Shown: positions 18,533-28,275 of the stretch, one piece after another
Numbering within the stretch: position 1 is the stretch's first letter
Layout of the letters: each line of letters begins with the position of its first letter
From: Candidatus Poseidoniales archaeon
GTDB taxonomy: Archaea; Thermoplasmatota; Poseidoniia; Poseidoniales; Poseidoniaceae
DNA length: 64,000 nt
Reading direction: 5' to 3'
Assembly: GCA_003602605.1 (NCBI GenBank)
Contig: QQRW01000037.1
Coordinates: 14,718-78,717, forward strand
Program-made: the position numbers and the translations under genes
The notes under the pieces: generated by a model
Seen by the model: only the letters and a program-made list of their open reading frames with translations
The model's database searches: none
What the model was told of the DNA's origin: nothing

Positions 18533-21500
18533 CTACACCGCCCGTAAAGATGCGGAAGCCGGTACATTGGAAGCCTTACGTATCGGCATATATGTAGCCA
18601 AGAGAACCAAAATCCATCCGCCAATGAAGACCATGAGAATTGATTCGACTGGTAAAGTAAAACTGGCACCCTGATCCTTCCAAAACGCCGTATACAGGGC
18701 GCGATGGAATCCAATCGCTACAAGAATTCCATTGGCCATGCCAAGCACACTCACCCAGGAGACTTCAATGAAGAACGACAGGAACACCATGCTTTTTCGG
18801 TAACCTAGAGCCCTAAGTATTCCAATCGATGTGCTTCGTTCTGAAACGGAGCGCACCGTAACCACTCCGATTCCTGCAATTCCGACGATGAGTCCGAGCG
18901 CGAGATAACCTTCGAAAATCCCCAACAATGCCAGAACCAGTGACTGGAGTATCAATACTTCGTCTGAAATGACAGAAACCTGAACGCCCTTTCCGTTTAA
19001 GATGGGTGTCAATTCCGATTCCATTTCAGCTGCAGTTAGACGTACATCCCGGCTCTTGCCAGCGGGCGAGAAATCTGCGATGTTGTCGTCATTAAATTGA
19101 GTTGATGGTTGAGCATTATCGGTGACGCTAACATACATCCGAGTGAGTCTCCCATCGAATTGTTCGATCACTACATCATCGTTCATCCAAACACCTGCGG
19201 AGAACAAATATGAAGATTGTTCAAGGAATCCTGCAACTTGGACATTTCGAGTGTTTCCAGGGTTGGAAATATCAATTAGCGAAATCGAATCTCCAATTGA
19301 AAAACTTAGCGTCGAAATACCGCTGCCATCGGCAATCGATTCAAGCCCAAATGATGCATCGAGAATAACCAAATCATCGCGACTTCCAACCGTCGCCCAC
19401 ACTTCTGTTTCACTCGAACCCAATGAAGAATCCCAAAGATAAAGCGGTAATCCACCGTGTGATGAGAAGGCTTCGTCAAATCCACGAACAACATATGGCA
19501 TTCGCTCACCAGACCCGTCCTCAAGGAAGACTTCTCCTCGATGAACACGTGCCACTGAATCAATCTGAGACTCAAGATTGGATGAAAGATTCCATTCAGT
19601 TATATCCTCTGAAAGAACGATTGGACTTGAGCGTGAGCCAGTGAGCAGCAATTCATACTCGCCTTCTGCTTCTTCAACAAACGAACTTGTATAGTTATCA
19701 AATTGTTCAGCATACCCACCAAGAACAATCACGGAGAAGACCGTGATTGAGAACATACCCATGACTACAGCAGTTCGAACTGGAGTCGCAAGAGGATAAG
19801 CGAGCGAAACCGGGAGCACTGGACCCCATCTTTTGGTGAGGAATTTTGATTTACCCAACCTTCGAACAATCATAGGTGCTGCACTGGTCAGCAAAAGCAC
19901 ACCTGCAAAGACTTCGACCAATCCCAAAGCGATGAAAGAGATCTCATCAGGCTCCATACCTTTCCGTACCGGGTCAATACTTGCAAGCCCAACTGTCCAA
20001 ATCAACAGCGAGATTCCTAGCCAAGCCAGTGTATTTCGGTTTGCGTGCCTCCAAAAGCCTTGCCATAATCTATTTTTATCACGGAAGAAAACTGGTAATT
20101 CCCATGTTAAAATTGGAACAGCCGATACGATTCCAAATACTCCTGTGAGCATCCAAAGGAAGTACGACATTGAAGAATTAAAACCAAAAATCACCAACAG
20201 AGAAAGGGTGAGCAAACCTCCACCAAGTGCAAGAATTTGAATCAGAACGAGGAACATCGGTATTCCATCACTGCGGGGAACTTTACCACCCTTAAGTGCA
20301 AGAAGGATATTCAATCGTGATGTCCAAAGGGCGGAGAACCACAGTGTTGTCAAAGCCAAAAGGAATCCCCACACTGCGCCTGAAAACAAAGAATTCCATT
20401 CCCATGCGAAACTGAATTGGTTCGAACCAACTGACGCAAACATGTTCTTGAAGCCAATGCTGATGAACCACGCCAAAGCAATCCCAACCAAACTTCCAAC
20501 TGCGCTGGCGAGTGCTGATAGAAGAACACCTTCTTGCACAGCGAGCGCTCTCGCATCGGATTGAGATACACCGAGTGCACGCATGGTTCCGAGTTCTGCT
20601 CGACGTGATTCTGCGAGCATCATTACAATGGTCAATACGAGGAGAATACCTGCAACAATCGTAAACGTTCCGAACACCAAGAACATGGCAGCTAAAACCC
20701 CCGATGACTCCTCAGCAATCGCTGCCGCTTCCACCTTAACTGCCCGAATATCGAGGTTTGCGCCGGTTGAGTTTGCATAATGATCGAGCCATTGAATGAT
20801 GTTCTCCGAGGATTCGTTCAAACTCCCGTTAAGGGAGAATACGACGAGAGAACGTTCATCCTCGCCACCAGAAGCAAGCATTTCACCGTCGTCGAGTGAA
20901 ACAAGGCCAAGGACAACTGAATCTAGTTCAGAAAGAGTCTCAAATCCAGCGATGTCAGCATACGAGCCGGCATAGGTGAGTTGGTGGGCTGTATCATCGC
21001 CAAATGCGTATGGAATGAGCCCCTTCACCCAAAACTCACTTTCATTCGCCTCAAGAGATAACGCCGTTAATCTTTGACTGAGTAAAACCTCACCCGGTTC
21101 AACCATTAAAGGCGAATTGCCGCCACCAAAGGCGAGATACAACTGAGGGAGTACGCCAAAACCACCTGCAGTAGAGACCACAGGGATGCGTAATGAGAGA
21201 ACTTTGTCATTCGTGGAGTCCCATCGGATGAGTCCCTCTGAAACGGAGCACCAGTGTTCAGACGGAGAAAAAAGGGTCAATGATGCCTCGCCGTTGCACA
21301 TTGGATGTAAATCAGCATCTGCACCAGGAAGGGTAACTTCAGGCCATGATGAATTCGAACCGATTTCAGTAAATTGAATGGTTGAAATCGAAGAAGTGTA
21401 TCGAGAGGATGAAAGCAAACCTTCGACTTCAAGAAACAAAGAATCGTCGCTAAGAAGATGAGTTGAAAGAATCGTTGAGGGAAGATCAATATCGAGCACG

Positions 21501-23143
21501 ATGCTGTCATGGTGACTCAAATCAAGATTGAAAGAGTGGAGGATGAGGCTGGCATTGTGTTCTTCTAAGGCCCACCAACCATTGCTGGCTTGAGCAACAG
21601 AACGAAAATTACCTGTTGATGAATAGGATGCCCATGTATCGTCATCAAGTTCACCTTCGTAACCAACAATGAGTTCTCCGTCGGTCGCAATGAGTCCGTA
21701 TTGGCCTGAACCATCGAGGGTGAAATCGTTGACAATTCCAGAATCTGTGACCCTCCAAACCCAAGCTGCACCATCACCTTCAATTTGAAAACCAGCCCCG
21801 CTTGGAGTGAAATGCCAAAGTCCACGTTGCCCAGCCCAAAGTTCAGTGATCTCGGAATCGGCAAGGGTAAGAATTTGCTGATTTTCGTACTCCATTTCAA
21901 CCATTGGCACTTGAAGGACCTCCATCATCGATGCGTCCGGTGAAAGAACAGTCATGTTCTCACGGAGACCTCGGACCAATTCACCTGAAAGCCGTCCTAA
22001 CCCTTGTGAAGATGAAAGCGTCATCGAATTCGTGGAAGTATCAATGTCAAGAGAGAGGCCTACATCCTCGGCGCGAATGTACTGGTCAAGTACTGTTTGC
22101 AATTCATCAAGTACAGGTTGAATCTGCTCTGCCTGTTCGTGTTTGTCATCAACAGCATAGTATAAAGTGTTGATTTTTCCGACCATTTTCTGCATGGATT
22201 GAGCTGTTTTTAAGTCGGTAAAAAGAGCGGGGGCTTGCGTTCCTGCAGATGCCCCTTGGCCTTGATTAGCGACGACTGAATGGACTTCAACTTGTGCTTC
22301 AATACGTTTCCGTTGCCCGTCGTCAGTCACATACCATCCTAAATCAAAACGATCACCCTCCACTAGATTCAATTCATCTGCCAGAACTTGATTGACAGCG
22401 ACTTGGTACTGTTGGGAGAAAAAGTTCGCTTCATTGAGAGTTGAATATCGAATGCCATCGCCGGATGTGCCAATCTTAGGCCAATGCTCGAGTGAATCTA
22501 TCGAACTGTTCATCGCCATCCAAGTAACTCCGGTAAGTGATGACGCATTTGACGAAGTACTTACTGAGGCGACAATTCCTTGTTGCTGAGCCTGGATTGA
22601 TGAAGCTAGAATACTGTTCGATTGCACCCCTTGCCAAACCTCATTCGCCAATACTTCAGTGAGCGTGACTCTCTCACCTTTTGAAAGGTCAAAACCTGAA
22701 ACGGTTATGTCCGTTTCACCCCATGCGCCTTCAACCTCGTTTCGTACAGTAGCATCCAGTGAATCACCAACAATCATCGATGAAGTTATGATCGCCGAGG
22801 CGACAATTAATCCAACCATCAGTAATGCTGCTTGGCGTTTGCGACGAACAATGTTCTTGGTTGCCAACCTCCAAACCACCAACCTTTGAGGGACCAGCAT
22901 AGGTTGAAGCAAGATATGACTCATCACACCAAGTGCGAACGACCCCGCCCATAGAGTGGCACCTGAAACAGAAATCCAGTTAAGGAAAAAGTAGGCGATG
23001 TAGGCATCGACAACCGGTGCGAAAATCAGCAGAAAAATTCTCAATGCTCCAAGTTGCTTCCACCTTCCAATACCAAAAGTCGATACTGCGCTCAACAGTC
23101 CAACCATGATAAAAAGTGAAAGCATTTCAAGAAACAGTCTCAT
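18533..23143 (-). CDS. ABC transporter permease, MacB/FtsX-type with two FtsX modules, extra TM helices and very large ectodomains (1536 aa)
   Basis: FtsX-type signatures: LATKNIVRRKRQAALLMVGLIVASAII (TM1) followed by a ~670-aa loop, then ..AESRRAELGTMRALGVSQSD... The second module is LAYPLATPVRTAVVMGMFSITV.. followed by a ~300-aa loop, then ..SERSTSIGILRALGYRKSM... Its start overlaps the ATPase stop as ATGA (23140-23143). Confidence 0.85.
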   Translation of the reverse strand: MRLFLEMLSLFIMVGLLSAVSTFGIGRWKQLGALRIFLLIFAPVVDAYIAYFFLNWISVSGATLWAGSFALGVMSHILLQPMLVPQRLVVWRLATKNIVRRKRQAALLMVGLIVASAIITSSMIVGDSLDATVRNEVEGAWGETDITVSGFDLSKGERVTLTEVLANEVWQGVQSNSILASSIQAQQQGIVASVSTSSNASSLTGVTWMAMNSSIDSLEHWPKIGTSGDGIRYSTLNEANFFSQQYQVAVNQVLADELNLVEGDRFDLGWYVTDDGQRKRIEAQVEVHSVVANQGQGASAGTQAPALFTDLKTAQSMQKMVGKINTLYYAVDDKHEQAEQIQPVLDELQTVLDQYIRAEDVGLSLDIDTSTNSMTLSSSQGLGRLSGELVRGLRENMTVLSPDASMMEVLQVPMVEMEYENQQILTLADSEITELWAGQRGLWHFTPSGAGFQIEGDGAAWVWRVTDSGIVNDFTLDGSGQYGLIATDGELIVGYEGELDDDTWASYSSTGNFRSVAQASNGWWALEEHNASLILHSFNLDLSHHDSIVLDIDLPSTILSTHLLSDDSLFLEVEGLLSSSRYTSSISTIQFTEIGSNSSWPEVTLPGADADLHPMCNGEASLTLFSPSEHWCSVSEGLIRWDSTNDKVLSLRIPVVSTAGGFGVLPQLYLAFGGGNSPLMVEPGEVLLSQRLTALSLEANESEFWVKGLIPYAFGDDTAHQLTYAGSYADIAGFETLSELDSVVLGLVSLDDGEMLASGGEDERSLVVFSLNGSLNESSENIIQWLDHYANSTGANLDIRAVKVEAAAIAEESSGVLAAMFLVFGTFTIVAGILLVLTIVMMLAESRRAELGTMRALGVSQSDARALAVQEGVLLSALASAVGSLVGIALAWFISIGFKNMFASVGSNQFSFAWEWNSLFSGAVWGFLLALTTLWFSALWTSRLNILLALKGGKVPRSDGIPMFLVLIQILALGGGLLTLSLLVIFGFNSSMSYFLWMLTGVFGIVSAVPILTWELPVFFRDKNRLWQGFWRHANRNTLAWLGISLLIWTVGLASIDPVRKGMEPDEISFIALGLVEVFAGVLLLTSAAPMIVRRLGKSKFLTKRWGPVLPVSLAYPLATPVRTAVVMGMFSITVFSVIVLGGYAEQFDNYTSSFVEEAEGEYELLLTGSRSSPIVLSEDITEWNLSSNLESQIDSVARVHRGEVFLEDGSGERMPYVVRGFDEAFSSHGGLPLYLWDSSLGSSETEVWATVGSRDDLVILDASFGLESIADGSGISTLSFSIGDSISLIDISNPGNTRNVQVAGFLEQSSYLFSAGVWMNDDVVIEQFDGRLTRMYVSVTDNAQPSTQFNDDNIADFSPAGKSRDVRLTAAEMESELTPILNGKGVQVSVISDEVLILQSLVLALLGIFEGYLALGLIVGIAGIGVVTVRSVSERSTSIGILRALGYRKSMVFLSFFIEVSWVSVLGMANGILVAIGFHRALYTAFWKDQGASFTLPVESILMVFIGGWILVLLATYMPIRKASNVPASASLRAV

Positions 23144-23835
23144 TCCTCCTCATTACGACGATCTTCGACGATCGTTCCATCCAACATCTGCAATGTCCGA
23201 GTACATCGCTCAGCAATCATCGCATCGTGGGTCACGATGAGGAAAGTCGTGTTGCGTTCATGATTCAATTTGTGAAGCAACTCAAGAACTTCAAATGAGG
23301 TTACGGAGTCAAGGTTACCTGTCGGCTCATCACAGAGAATAACCGCTGGATTGTGTACAAGTGCACGTGCTACCGCAACTCGTTGTTGTTGACCGCCTGA
23401 CAGTTCCGAAGGGAGGTGCTCAGATCTTTCGGATAGACCAACCGATTGGAGTGCCTCTAGAGCTCCTTTACGCGCTTCAGAAGCAGACCTTCCGAGCAAG
23501 AGGAGTGGTAACTCTACATTTTCAACAGCGGAGAGTACTGGGAGCAAATTGAAGTCCTGAAAAATGAATCCTAGATATTCTGCACGCATGCGAGTACGTT
23601 TGTTATCAGAAATTCCAAACAGTGGTTCTCCGTTAACCTGTACATCACCAGAATTAGGCTCATCGATTCCGGAAAGAATGTTGAGAAGAGTTGTTTTCCC
23701 GCATCCCGAAGGACCCATGATTGCAACCATCTCGCCTGCATCAATACTTACATCGACACCTTTGACTGCCTGAACAGTAGATTCCCCCGATGGGTAGATT
23801 TTCCAAACACCTGTCGCTTTCATCACGGGGCCCAT
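23140..23835 (-). CDS. ABC transporter ATP-binding protein (MacB/LolD-type)
   Basis: Walker A is GPSGCGKTT, the signature is LSGGQQQRVAVARAL, Walker B is ILCDEPTGNLD, and the H-loop is IVTHD. It is translationally coupled (ATGA) to the permease. Confidence 0.95.
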   Translation of the reverse strand: MGPVMKATGVWKIYPSGESTVQAVKGVDVSIDAGEMVAIMGPSGCGKTTLLNILSGIDEPNSGDVQVNGEPLFGISDNKRTRMRAEYLGFIFQDFNLLPVLSAVENVELPLLLLGRSASEARKGALEALQSVGLSERSEHLPSELSGGQQQRVAVARALVHNPAVILCDEPTGNLDSVTSFEVLELLHKLNHERNTTFLIVTHDAMIAERCTRTLQMLDGTIVEDRRNEEE

Positions 23836-23886
23836 ACAATGAGGACAGCCGAATGCGTTGATAAACTACCGCTTCAAAGCATCAAC

Positions 23887-24138
23887 ATGAACGATGGAGA
23901 GCCACACAGCATCATCGTTCTCACCTTCGGCCCGCTTGCAGAAAAACTCGGTTGGAAAAGAAAGGAACACTTGATTCGACAGAACACATCGATTTCTGAT
24001 GTGGTCGAATCGATCGGGCTTACTTTGAATCAGCAGAAAGGGCTTCTCTTTGCCGTGAATGGCTCACAATGTAAGAGCGATGTAAAACTACAGCCTGGAG
24101 ATGAATTAGCATTGCTCCCGCCCGTATCTGGTGGATAA
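23887..24138 (+). CDS. MoaD/ThiS-family ubiquitin-like protein (possible SAMP)
   Basis: An 83-aa protein ending ..LQPGDELALLPPVSGG*, the diglycine C-terminus typical of MoaD/SAMP. I chose the internal ATG at 23887 (MNDGEPHSIIVL..) because it gives the family-typical length. Confidence 0.7.
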   Translation: MNDGEPHSIIVLTFGPLAEKLGWKRKEHLIRQNTSISDVVESIGLTLNQQKGLLFAVNGSQCKSDVKLQPGDELALLPPVSGG

Positions 24139-24210
24139 TTGGAAAAAAACGGGAATGTTTGGCCGAAGAGTTCAACACTACCCCCGCAGTGCACATACCG
24201 AGGAAGAAGC

Positions 24211-24513
24211 ATGATTGGCGGCTTGGGACCACTTGAACTCACGATATTGGTCGGCTTATTCTTCGTACTGTTTGGTGCAGAACGATTGCCGAAAATGGCT
24301 AATGCACTCGGGCGCTCCAAGGGTGAGTTCCAAAAAGGACTTACCGACACATCTCGAACAATTACCGATTTGGAAGCGGGCGGTAAAACTCCAAACCAGA
24401 TACTCAGCGAAAGGGCTCGCGCAGTTGGCATTGACCCAGCAGGAATGGATATTGATGAACTGGAACGCAAGACTAGTGCATTGGAGAATCTCAACTCCAG
24501 CGGTGAAGAATAA
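24211..24513 (+). CDS. tatA: Twin-arginine translocase subunit TatA/E
   Basis: MIGGLGPLELTILVGLFFVLFGAERLPKMANALGRSKGEFQKGL is the classic TatA N-terminus. I chose the ATG at 24211 rather than the upstream extension in the track. Confidence 0.85.
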   Translation: MIGGLGPLELTILVGLFFVLFGAERLPKMANALGRSKGEFQKGLTDTSRTITDLEAGGKTPNQILSERARAVGIDPAGMDIDELERKTSALENLNSSGEE

Positions 24514-25005
24514 TCAGCGCTTTCTCTTGAGAACAAGCGCCGCACCACATCGGTCGCAGTCACCCACATCACCCTTTTTTGAACGAGCAACATCTTCTGG
24601 AACTTCTGTCGTGTGCCTGCAACCGGTACATCGTCGAATCCAAGTCCATACCTGTTGCGCCCCTTTAGTGTCGACTGAACTGGATTCATGCCCAGAGAAT
24701 TTCATTGTGTTCTGAAGGCGATAATCATCCGTAACGAGCGGCAACTCAAGTCCAAGTGCCAAAGCTAAGACTTCTAAATCGACATCCGAAAGCCGGGGAA
24801 GGTCACCGCTTTGAGCTGCGCATTCCTTAGCATGGGCCATCCAAGTTGCATCAGCGATGCGCCAATCGATATCTAAGGCTTGAACCAACATCCACCGTTG
24901 GGGGCTTACACGTTCCAGTTCGGCCTGTTGAGCAACCGAACAAATGTTGCCGTTCAATTCATCAGCCGGCCAGTGCAATAAAGCGGCTGTGTCGAGTACT
25001 CGCAT
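24514..25005 (-). CDS. nob1: Nob1-like endonuclease (PIN domain + C-terminal zinc ribbon)
   Basis: PIN motifs are MRVLDTAALL and LSDVDLEVLALALGLELPLVTDDYRLQNT. The Zn ribbon is CTGC..(22)..CDRC. The size (163 aa) is typical of archaeal Nob1. ATG is at 25005 (the track start is TTG). Confidence 0.7.
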   Translation of the reverse strand: MRVLDTAALLHWPADELNGNICSVAQQAELERVSPQRWMLVQALDIDWRIADATWMAHAKECAAQSGDLPRLSDVDLEVLALALGLELPLVTDDYRLQNTMKFSGHESSSVDTKGAQQVWTWIRRCTGCRHTTEVPEDVARSKKGDVGDCDRCGAALVLKRKR

Positions 25006-25085
25006 CAAGGCAGATACCGACGAATGTACTCCTTGAAGTCACCGCACACCCACACCTTCATGGCTATGAGTATGAAGGGGGCAAC

Positions 25086-25709
25086 ATGTCATGGAAGCAG
25101 TCAATACTCGACTTCTTCGACATCTTTGGCCCTGCGAGTTTGGCTGTACTCTCATTTACCGAATCCATAATTCAACCAATCCCCCCTGATTTGTTGTATA
25201 TTCCAATGTTGGCAGATGCCATTGGAAACACACCACTTGTCGTTTGGTTGTGGCTCACCGTCACTGTTTCATCAGTCGCGGGCTCGCTTGTTGGTTACTG
25301 GGTTGGGAAGCGATGGGGGCGCTCATTCATAGGGAAGTTCTCAAAACAGTCTCACCTCGATAAAATTGAGGCACTCACCATACGTTACGGAACATTTGGA
25401 ATATTCATAGCAGCCTTTTCACCGATACCATACAAGGTGTTTGGTTGGTTTGCTGGGATGGGTGAAATGGAAAAGAAGCCTTTCATCATCGCCGGATTGT
25501 TTGGGAGAGGACTTCGTTTTGGACTTGAGGCGATCTTGATTGGAATCTACGGCAATACCGCCATTGATTCTATCAATTGGTTTCTCGATAACGAAATTGT
25601 TCTCGGAGTAGGGATGATACTTGCTGCAATACCGACCTGGTACATCTGGAAATGGTGGTCGGGAATCCAACTCGAAGCAATTCGCAAAGATACTGACTCC
25701 GTGGAGTGA
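25086..25709 (+). CDS. DedA/YqaA-family (VTT/SNARE-associated domain) membrane protein
   Basis: MSWKQSILDFFDIFGPASLAVLSFTESIIQPIPPDLLYIPML.. is a YqaA-like N-terminus, followed by several TM helices. ATG at 25086 is preceded by a GGGGG-rich SD-like sequence. Confidence 0.7.
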   Translation: MSWKQSILDFFDIFGPASLAVLSFTESIIQPIPPDLLYIPMLADAIGNTPLVVWLWLTVTVSSVAGSLVGYWVGKRWGRSFIGKFSKQSHLDKIEALTIRYGTFGIFIAAFSPIPYKVFGWFAGMGEMEKKPFIIAGLFGRGLRFGLEAILIGIYGNTAIDSINWFLDNEIVLGVGMILAAIPTWYIWKWWSGIQLEAIRKDTDSVE

Positions 25710-25769
25710 TACATCGCCACATTTCATGGTGCGAATCATTATCAAGGGGTGGTCGGTGGACTGGCTGTC

Positions 25770-25844
25770 GCTCGTGTGGTGTAGCTAGGTCCATCATAGT
25801 GGGTTTTCATCCCGCCGACCCGGGTTCGAATCCCGGCACGAGCA
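25770..25844 (+). tRNA. tRNA-Glu (anticodon UUC)
   Basis: Folded by hand. The acceptor stem GCTCGTG/CACGAGC is perfect. The anticodon stem is GTGGG/CCCGC with loop TTTTCAT (anticodon TTC). The T arm is CCGGG-TTCGAAT-CCCGG, and the discriminator is A. No CCA is encoded. A T6 run lies 30 nt downstream. Confidence 0.85.
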
Positions 25845-26121
25845 CTCAACAGAATTTCTGCGCCGCAGTAATGCTTTTTTGCTTACTCGCATGAGATGGA
25901 ATCTCACCGTTCAATCATTAGAATTGGATGGTCATGATGTCTGACACTACCAAATCGGAAAGTGTTTGCACCCGGGTTCGAGCCCCCAAAAACTCGATTG
26001 TAAGGAAGAGAAATAACATTGCTCAGCCGATACACATGAAGATCAATGCACAGCTAATGCACGGCACATAGAACTGAAGTAAAGGGTACCAGAGTGCAGA
26101 GCAACGCCATTACGAATTTGC

Positions 26122-27429
26122 TCAATCATCATCGGTGTCGAACATTGTAAGGGTCTTTGATAACTCAATTGCTCGGTTATCCAAATCCGCACGCTCATCT
26201 TTGCTAAGTCCAGTATCTCGTAGCGACTCTTGAATCTGTTCAAGTTCCTCTCGAGCATCATCACGTTGCTTACGAAGGTTCCTGTCTTCGCGAGTCATCT
26301 GACGCTTGGCTGCTAGCTGACGGCTCTCCTTGGAGCGCGCATCGCCGGAGAGCATCTCATCATCTTCGCCAGAGAGTTCGACCGCTGTTGGGAACGGTAT
26401 ACGAATGTGTTCTTGTTCAAATCGTTCATCCAACGACTTCAACAGCCAATCACGAGTAACCCACTCATCACTGTAATCTGCAACCCAAGTGTACAAGCGC
26501 AGAACTTTTGCGAAGTCGCCAAGTTCAACAAGAAGGACACGAGGTTCTGGTGACTCAATGGTGTAAGGACAGTCTCGAGCTAATTTGAGCATTGTGACTT
26601 TGACGTGGTCAATACTTTCGCGGTAATCAACTCCGATGTCAACAACCACTGAAATTCTTCTCGCAATTCCATCCCCGCCGCCACGAGCGTGGTTCACTAA
26701 GGTAGAGGAGATAAGTGAATTGTTTGGAATAACCACGAGTTTTTCATCCCGATCCAAAATCTTCGTTGAAAGTATACCCATTGAGATAACTGTTCCAATC
26801 ATTCCCTCCACTTCAATACGGTCTCCAACCTCAAACGGCCGATCAACTGCAAGCATGAAAGAATTGACAATATTACCAAGTGTTTGTTGAACTGCCAATC
26901 CGATAATGAGAGAGAAAACCGCCAATGAGGCAAAAAGTCCGAGCAGTTCAATGTTGAGTTCATTCAGCGCTAAATTTAGTCCTATGAAGTAAGTAACTGC
27001 ACGCAAGAGGAACACAATGAGAGGATTACCTCCGGATACTGTAACGCTTGACTTAGCTGTAAAGCGTCCGAGAATGACTGGCACGAGGTGTTTAATCCCA
27101 GTGCTCAAAATTGAAGTTGTCGTCATAATATAAATGACGCTGAAATACGGATACATTGACTCGAGTAATTCTGAATTAGAATCAGTTACCCAAACTCCGG
27201 AAAGCTGAATCCCCGCAACGACGACGAAAAAGTAGAGTCTATTGGACAACGGTTGAATGAGGGCATCATCCCATTGTGCTTTCGAACGAGTAACGAGATT
27301 ACGGAACGGTCGTACGATCAAGTACTTGCAAAAAGCAAGTGCAAAAAACATCAAGCCTATGCAGATGCCGATTTTTGGAAGCGTATCTAATGCATCAATC
27401 TGCTCGAGATACTCGTCAATGGTAGACAT
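26122..27429 (-). CDS. Mechanosensitive ion channel, MscS family
   Basis: It has N-terminal TM helices and the MscS beta-domain signature LAVQQTLGNIVNSFMLAVDRPFEVGDRIEVEGMIGTVISMGILSTKILDRDEKLVVIPNN. Confidence 0.9.
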   Translation of the reverse strand: MSTIDEYLEQIDALDTLPKIGICIGLMFFALAFCKYLIVRPFRNLVTRSKAQWDDALIQPLSNRLYFFVVVAGIQLSGVWVTDSNSELLESMYPYFSVIYIMTTTSILSTGIKHLVPVILGRFTAKSSVTVSGGNPLIVFLLRAVTYFIGLNLALNELNIELLGLFASLAVFSLIIGLAVQQTLGNIVNSFMLAVDRPFEVGDRIEVEGMIGTVISMGILSTKILDRDEKLVVIPNNSLISSTLVNHARGGGDGIARRISVVVDIGVDYRESIDHVKVTMLKLARDCPYTIESPEPRVLLVELGDFAKVLRLYTWVADYSDEWVTRDWLLKSLDERFEQEHIRIPFPTAVELSGEDDEMLSGDARSKESRQLAAKRQMTREDRNLRKQRDDAREELEQIQESLRDTGLSKDERADLDNRAIELSKTLTMFDTDDD

Positions 27430-27552
27430 GTCGTTCAGTTCGTTGGCTGGCGTGCCCTTTACAAAACTACCCCATGATAAATCACCTAAGTACTATCAAG
27501 AATGGTATAAACTATATCTTCGCACATTGAGGCCTGTTATAACGGGGTGCTC

Positions 27553-28227
27553 ATGATGGACGGATTGAAGTATTTTCAACTCCAAATGCCGGTTGAAAAA
27601 GGGTCCCATCTCCCTGGCGCAAGTATCATGAATTACTTCACCAAAGTGGAATATATTAGCACGGTGAACACAACCAAAATACCAGCAAGCTATGTATTCC
27701 TTGTAGAGTTTAATAATCCGGCCGTATTTGATAATGGAGTGAACCTTGATTTGAGTTTTCAAATCGAGGAAATTTTGTTCCAAGATGAATCATATGCATA
27801 TATTGTCGCTAAATTGCCGGGTCCGTTGGGTTCATTGGTTCAAGGTGTCAAAGGTTGTTGGTTTACAGCACCGACTTCCTTATCCCTCGAAAATGGTTTA
27901 TTATGGACGGTTCAGGGAACCCCTATCGGTCTTAAAGAAGCACGTGATTTACTCGTGCAAATCGTACCTGGTGATTTGAAGATGCGCATTAGTAAAACTG
28001 TGGCATCAGATTGGATTAGCGCACCTCGACTTCCTCCACGCCGGCACGAAGTGATGAAAACTGCCGTTGAATTGGGGTATTACTCTACCCCTCGAGGATG
28101 CACTCAGCGAGATATTGCAGACACGCTTGGAATCCGTCAAGGGACCGTCGCCGAGCACCTTCAATCGGCAGAAGGTTCCATCATCAATTCATGGTCCAAG
28201 CAAGCCACGGACTCATCTTTCCGCTGA
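27553..28227 (+). CDS. HTH_10 (bacterio-opsin-activator-type) DNA-binding regulator
   Basis: The C-terminal segment PPRRHEVMKTAVELGYYSTPRGCTQRDIADTLGIRQGTVAEHLQSAEGSIIN matches the HTH_10 pattern. The N-terminal domain is unassigned. ATG is at 27553 (the track start is GTG). Confidence 0.7.
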   Translation: MMDGLKYFQLQMPVEKGSHLPGASIMNYFTKVEYISTVNTTKIPASYVFLVEFNNPAVFDNGVNLDLSFQIEEILFQDESYAYIVAKLPGPLGSLVQGVKGCWFTAPTSLSLENGLLWTVQGTPIGLKEARDLLVQIVPGDLKMRISKTVASDWISAPRLPPRRHEVMKTAVELGYYSTPRGCTQRDIADTLGIRQGTVAEHLQSAEGSIINSWSKQATDSSFR

Positions 28228-28275
28228 GCGAGCAAAAAACACAAGTTTGCTCTACGGGCACTATTTGGTTAACAA

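Noticed and set aside
24030-24715. A 219-aa minus-strand ORF and a 166-aa plus-strand alternate-frame ORF over the MoaD/TatA region.
   Set aside because: The TatA N-terminus (MIGGLGPLEL..FGAERLP) and the MoaD C-terminus (PPVSGG*) are unmistakable in their own frames. The competing ORFs have no recognisable features.
25955-25995. A tRNA-like T-arm fragment (CCCGGGTTCGA, 25971-25981) identical over 11 nt to the T arm of tRNA-Glu (25819-25829), about 130 nt downstream of that tRNA. I considered a second tRNA, a split or intron-containing tRNA, or an integrase att remnant.
   Set aside because: I could not fold a cloverleaf. The T stem closes with only 3 bp (..CCGGG TTCGAGC CCCCA), and there is no acceptor or anticodon arm. 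No integrase or foreign-looking genes are nearby, and only about 130 nt lie between the copies. An 11-nt match may be chance.
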